From Ructibacterium sp. (GTDB lineage Bacteria > Bacillota > Clostridia > Monoglobales > Monoglobaceae), in the NCBI GenBank assembly GCA_045603605.1, contig JAZUMJ010000150.1, forward strand, positions 718-64,717: a DNA stretch of 64,000 bases. The letters are read 5' to 3'. Shown piece by piece: positions 63,681 through 64,000 of the stretch (position 1 is its first letter; the number at the start of each line of letters is the position of its first letter). The position numbers were made by a program, and so were the translations under genes. The notes beneath the pieces are model-generated. The model was not told where the DNA came from, searched no databases, and saw only the letters and a program-made list of their open reading frames with translations.

Positions 63681-64000
63681 AATTTTTTCCTCCTAGGATT
63701 TTGAGTATTAATAGGGGAAAAAACTGGATATTCAACATTTGGAATGTTTTTTCAGTTTTTTCTATTCAGTTATCAAGGTGCTATTGGAATCTTTCGACTC
63801 TATTGATAGAGTAAAGCCGATTTATGAACGGCATATGTATAAATTGTAAACAAATTGTGAACAAATAACATATTTTATTTGGATCTTTTCAGATACTCAG
63901 CAGAGCCAAAAACGCCACCCTACACATCAAATCAAATTGCCCATACTGTTTTCTTTTCATTGGGATGAAAACATCTGTTTTCGGTGCTGAGGCTACAAAT

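Overview
A 64-kb stretch of an AT-rich, long-tailed (siphovirus-type) phage genome, probably infecting a gut or rumen Bacillota host (strong AAGGAGG RBSs, sigmaA-type promoters, C39 endolysin). No integrase or recognisable lysogeny module lies in the window. Positions 1-3271 (+) hold small early genes interleaved with self-cleaving ribozymes (twister at 221-273, pistol at 618-687). Everything else is on the minus strand. The replication/recombination block resembles that of Streptococcus phage Dp-1: HolA/HolB/DnaX clamp loader, DnaN clamp, family-A polymerase, RecA, RecU, Cas4-like nuclease, SSB, primase, DnaB, DnaC-like loader, initiator with iterons, SNF2 helicase. The window also has a mosaic array of Zn-finger mini-genes and a salvage-type 7-deazaguanine DNA-modification operon (glycosyltransferase, DpdA, tandem preQ1-I-like pseudoknots, YhhQ). 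Further along are an uncharacterised cassette of Q/N/G/Y-rich proteins, lysis genes and A118-like tail and head genes. Three glycosyltransferases and two DUF4417 plus 'MGGR-leader' cassettes (one with an ADP-ribosyltransferase) are inserted between terminase and portal. Two tRNA genes are present. The best candidates for undescribed systems are the riboswitch-gated DpdA+GT operon, the DUF4417/MGGR cassettes, the ribozyme-bracketed early gene and the prion-like protein cassette. All calls come from motif recognition by eye; no database searches were run.
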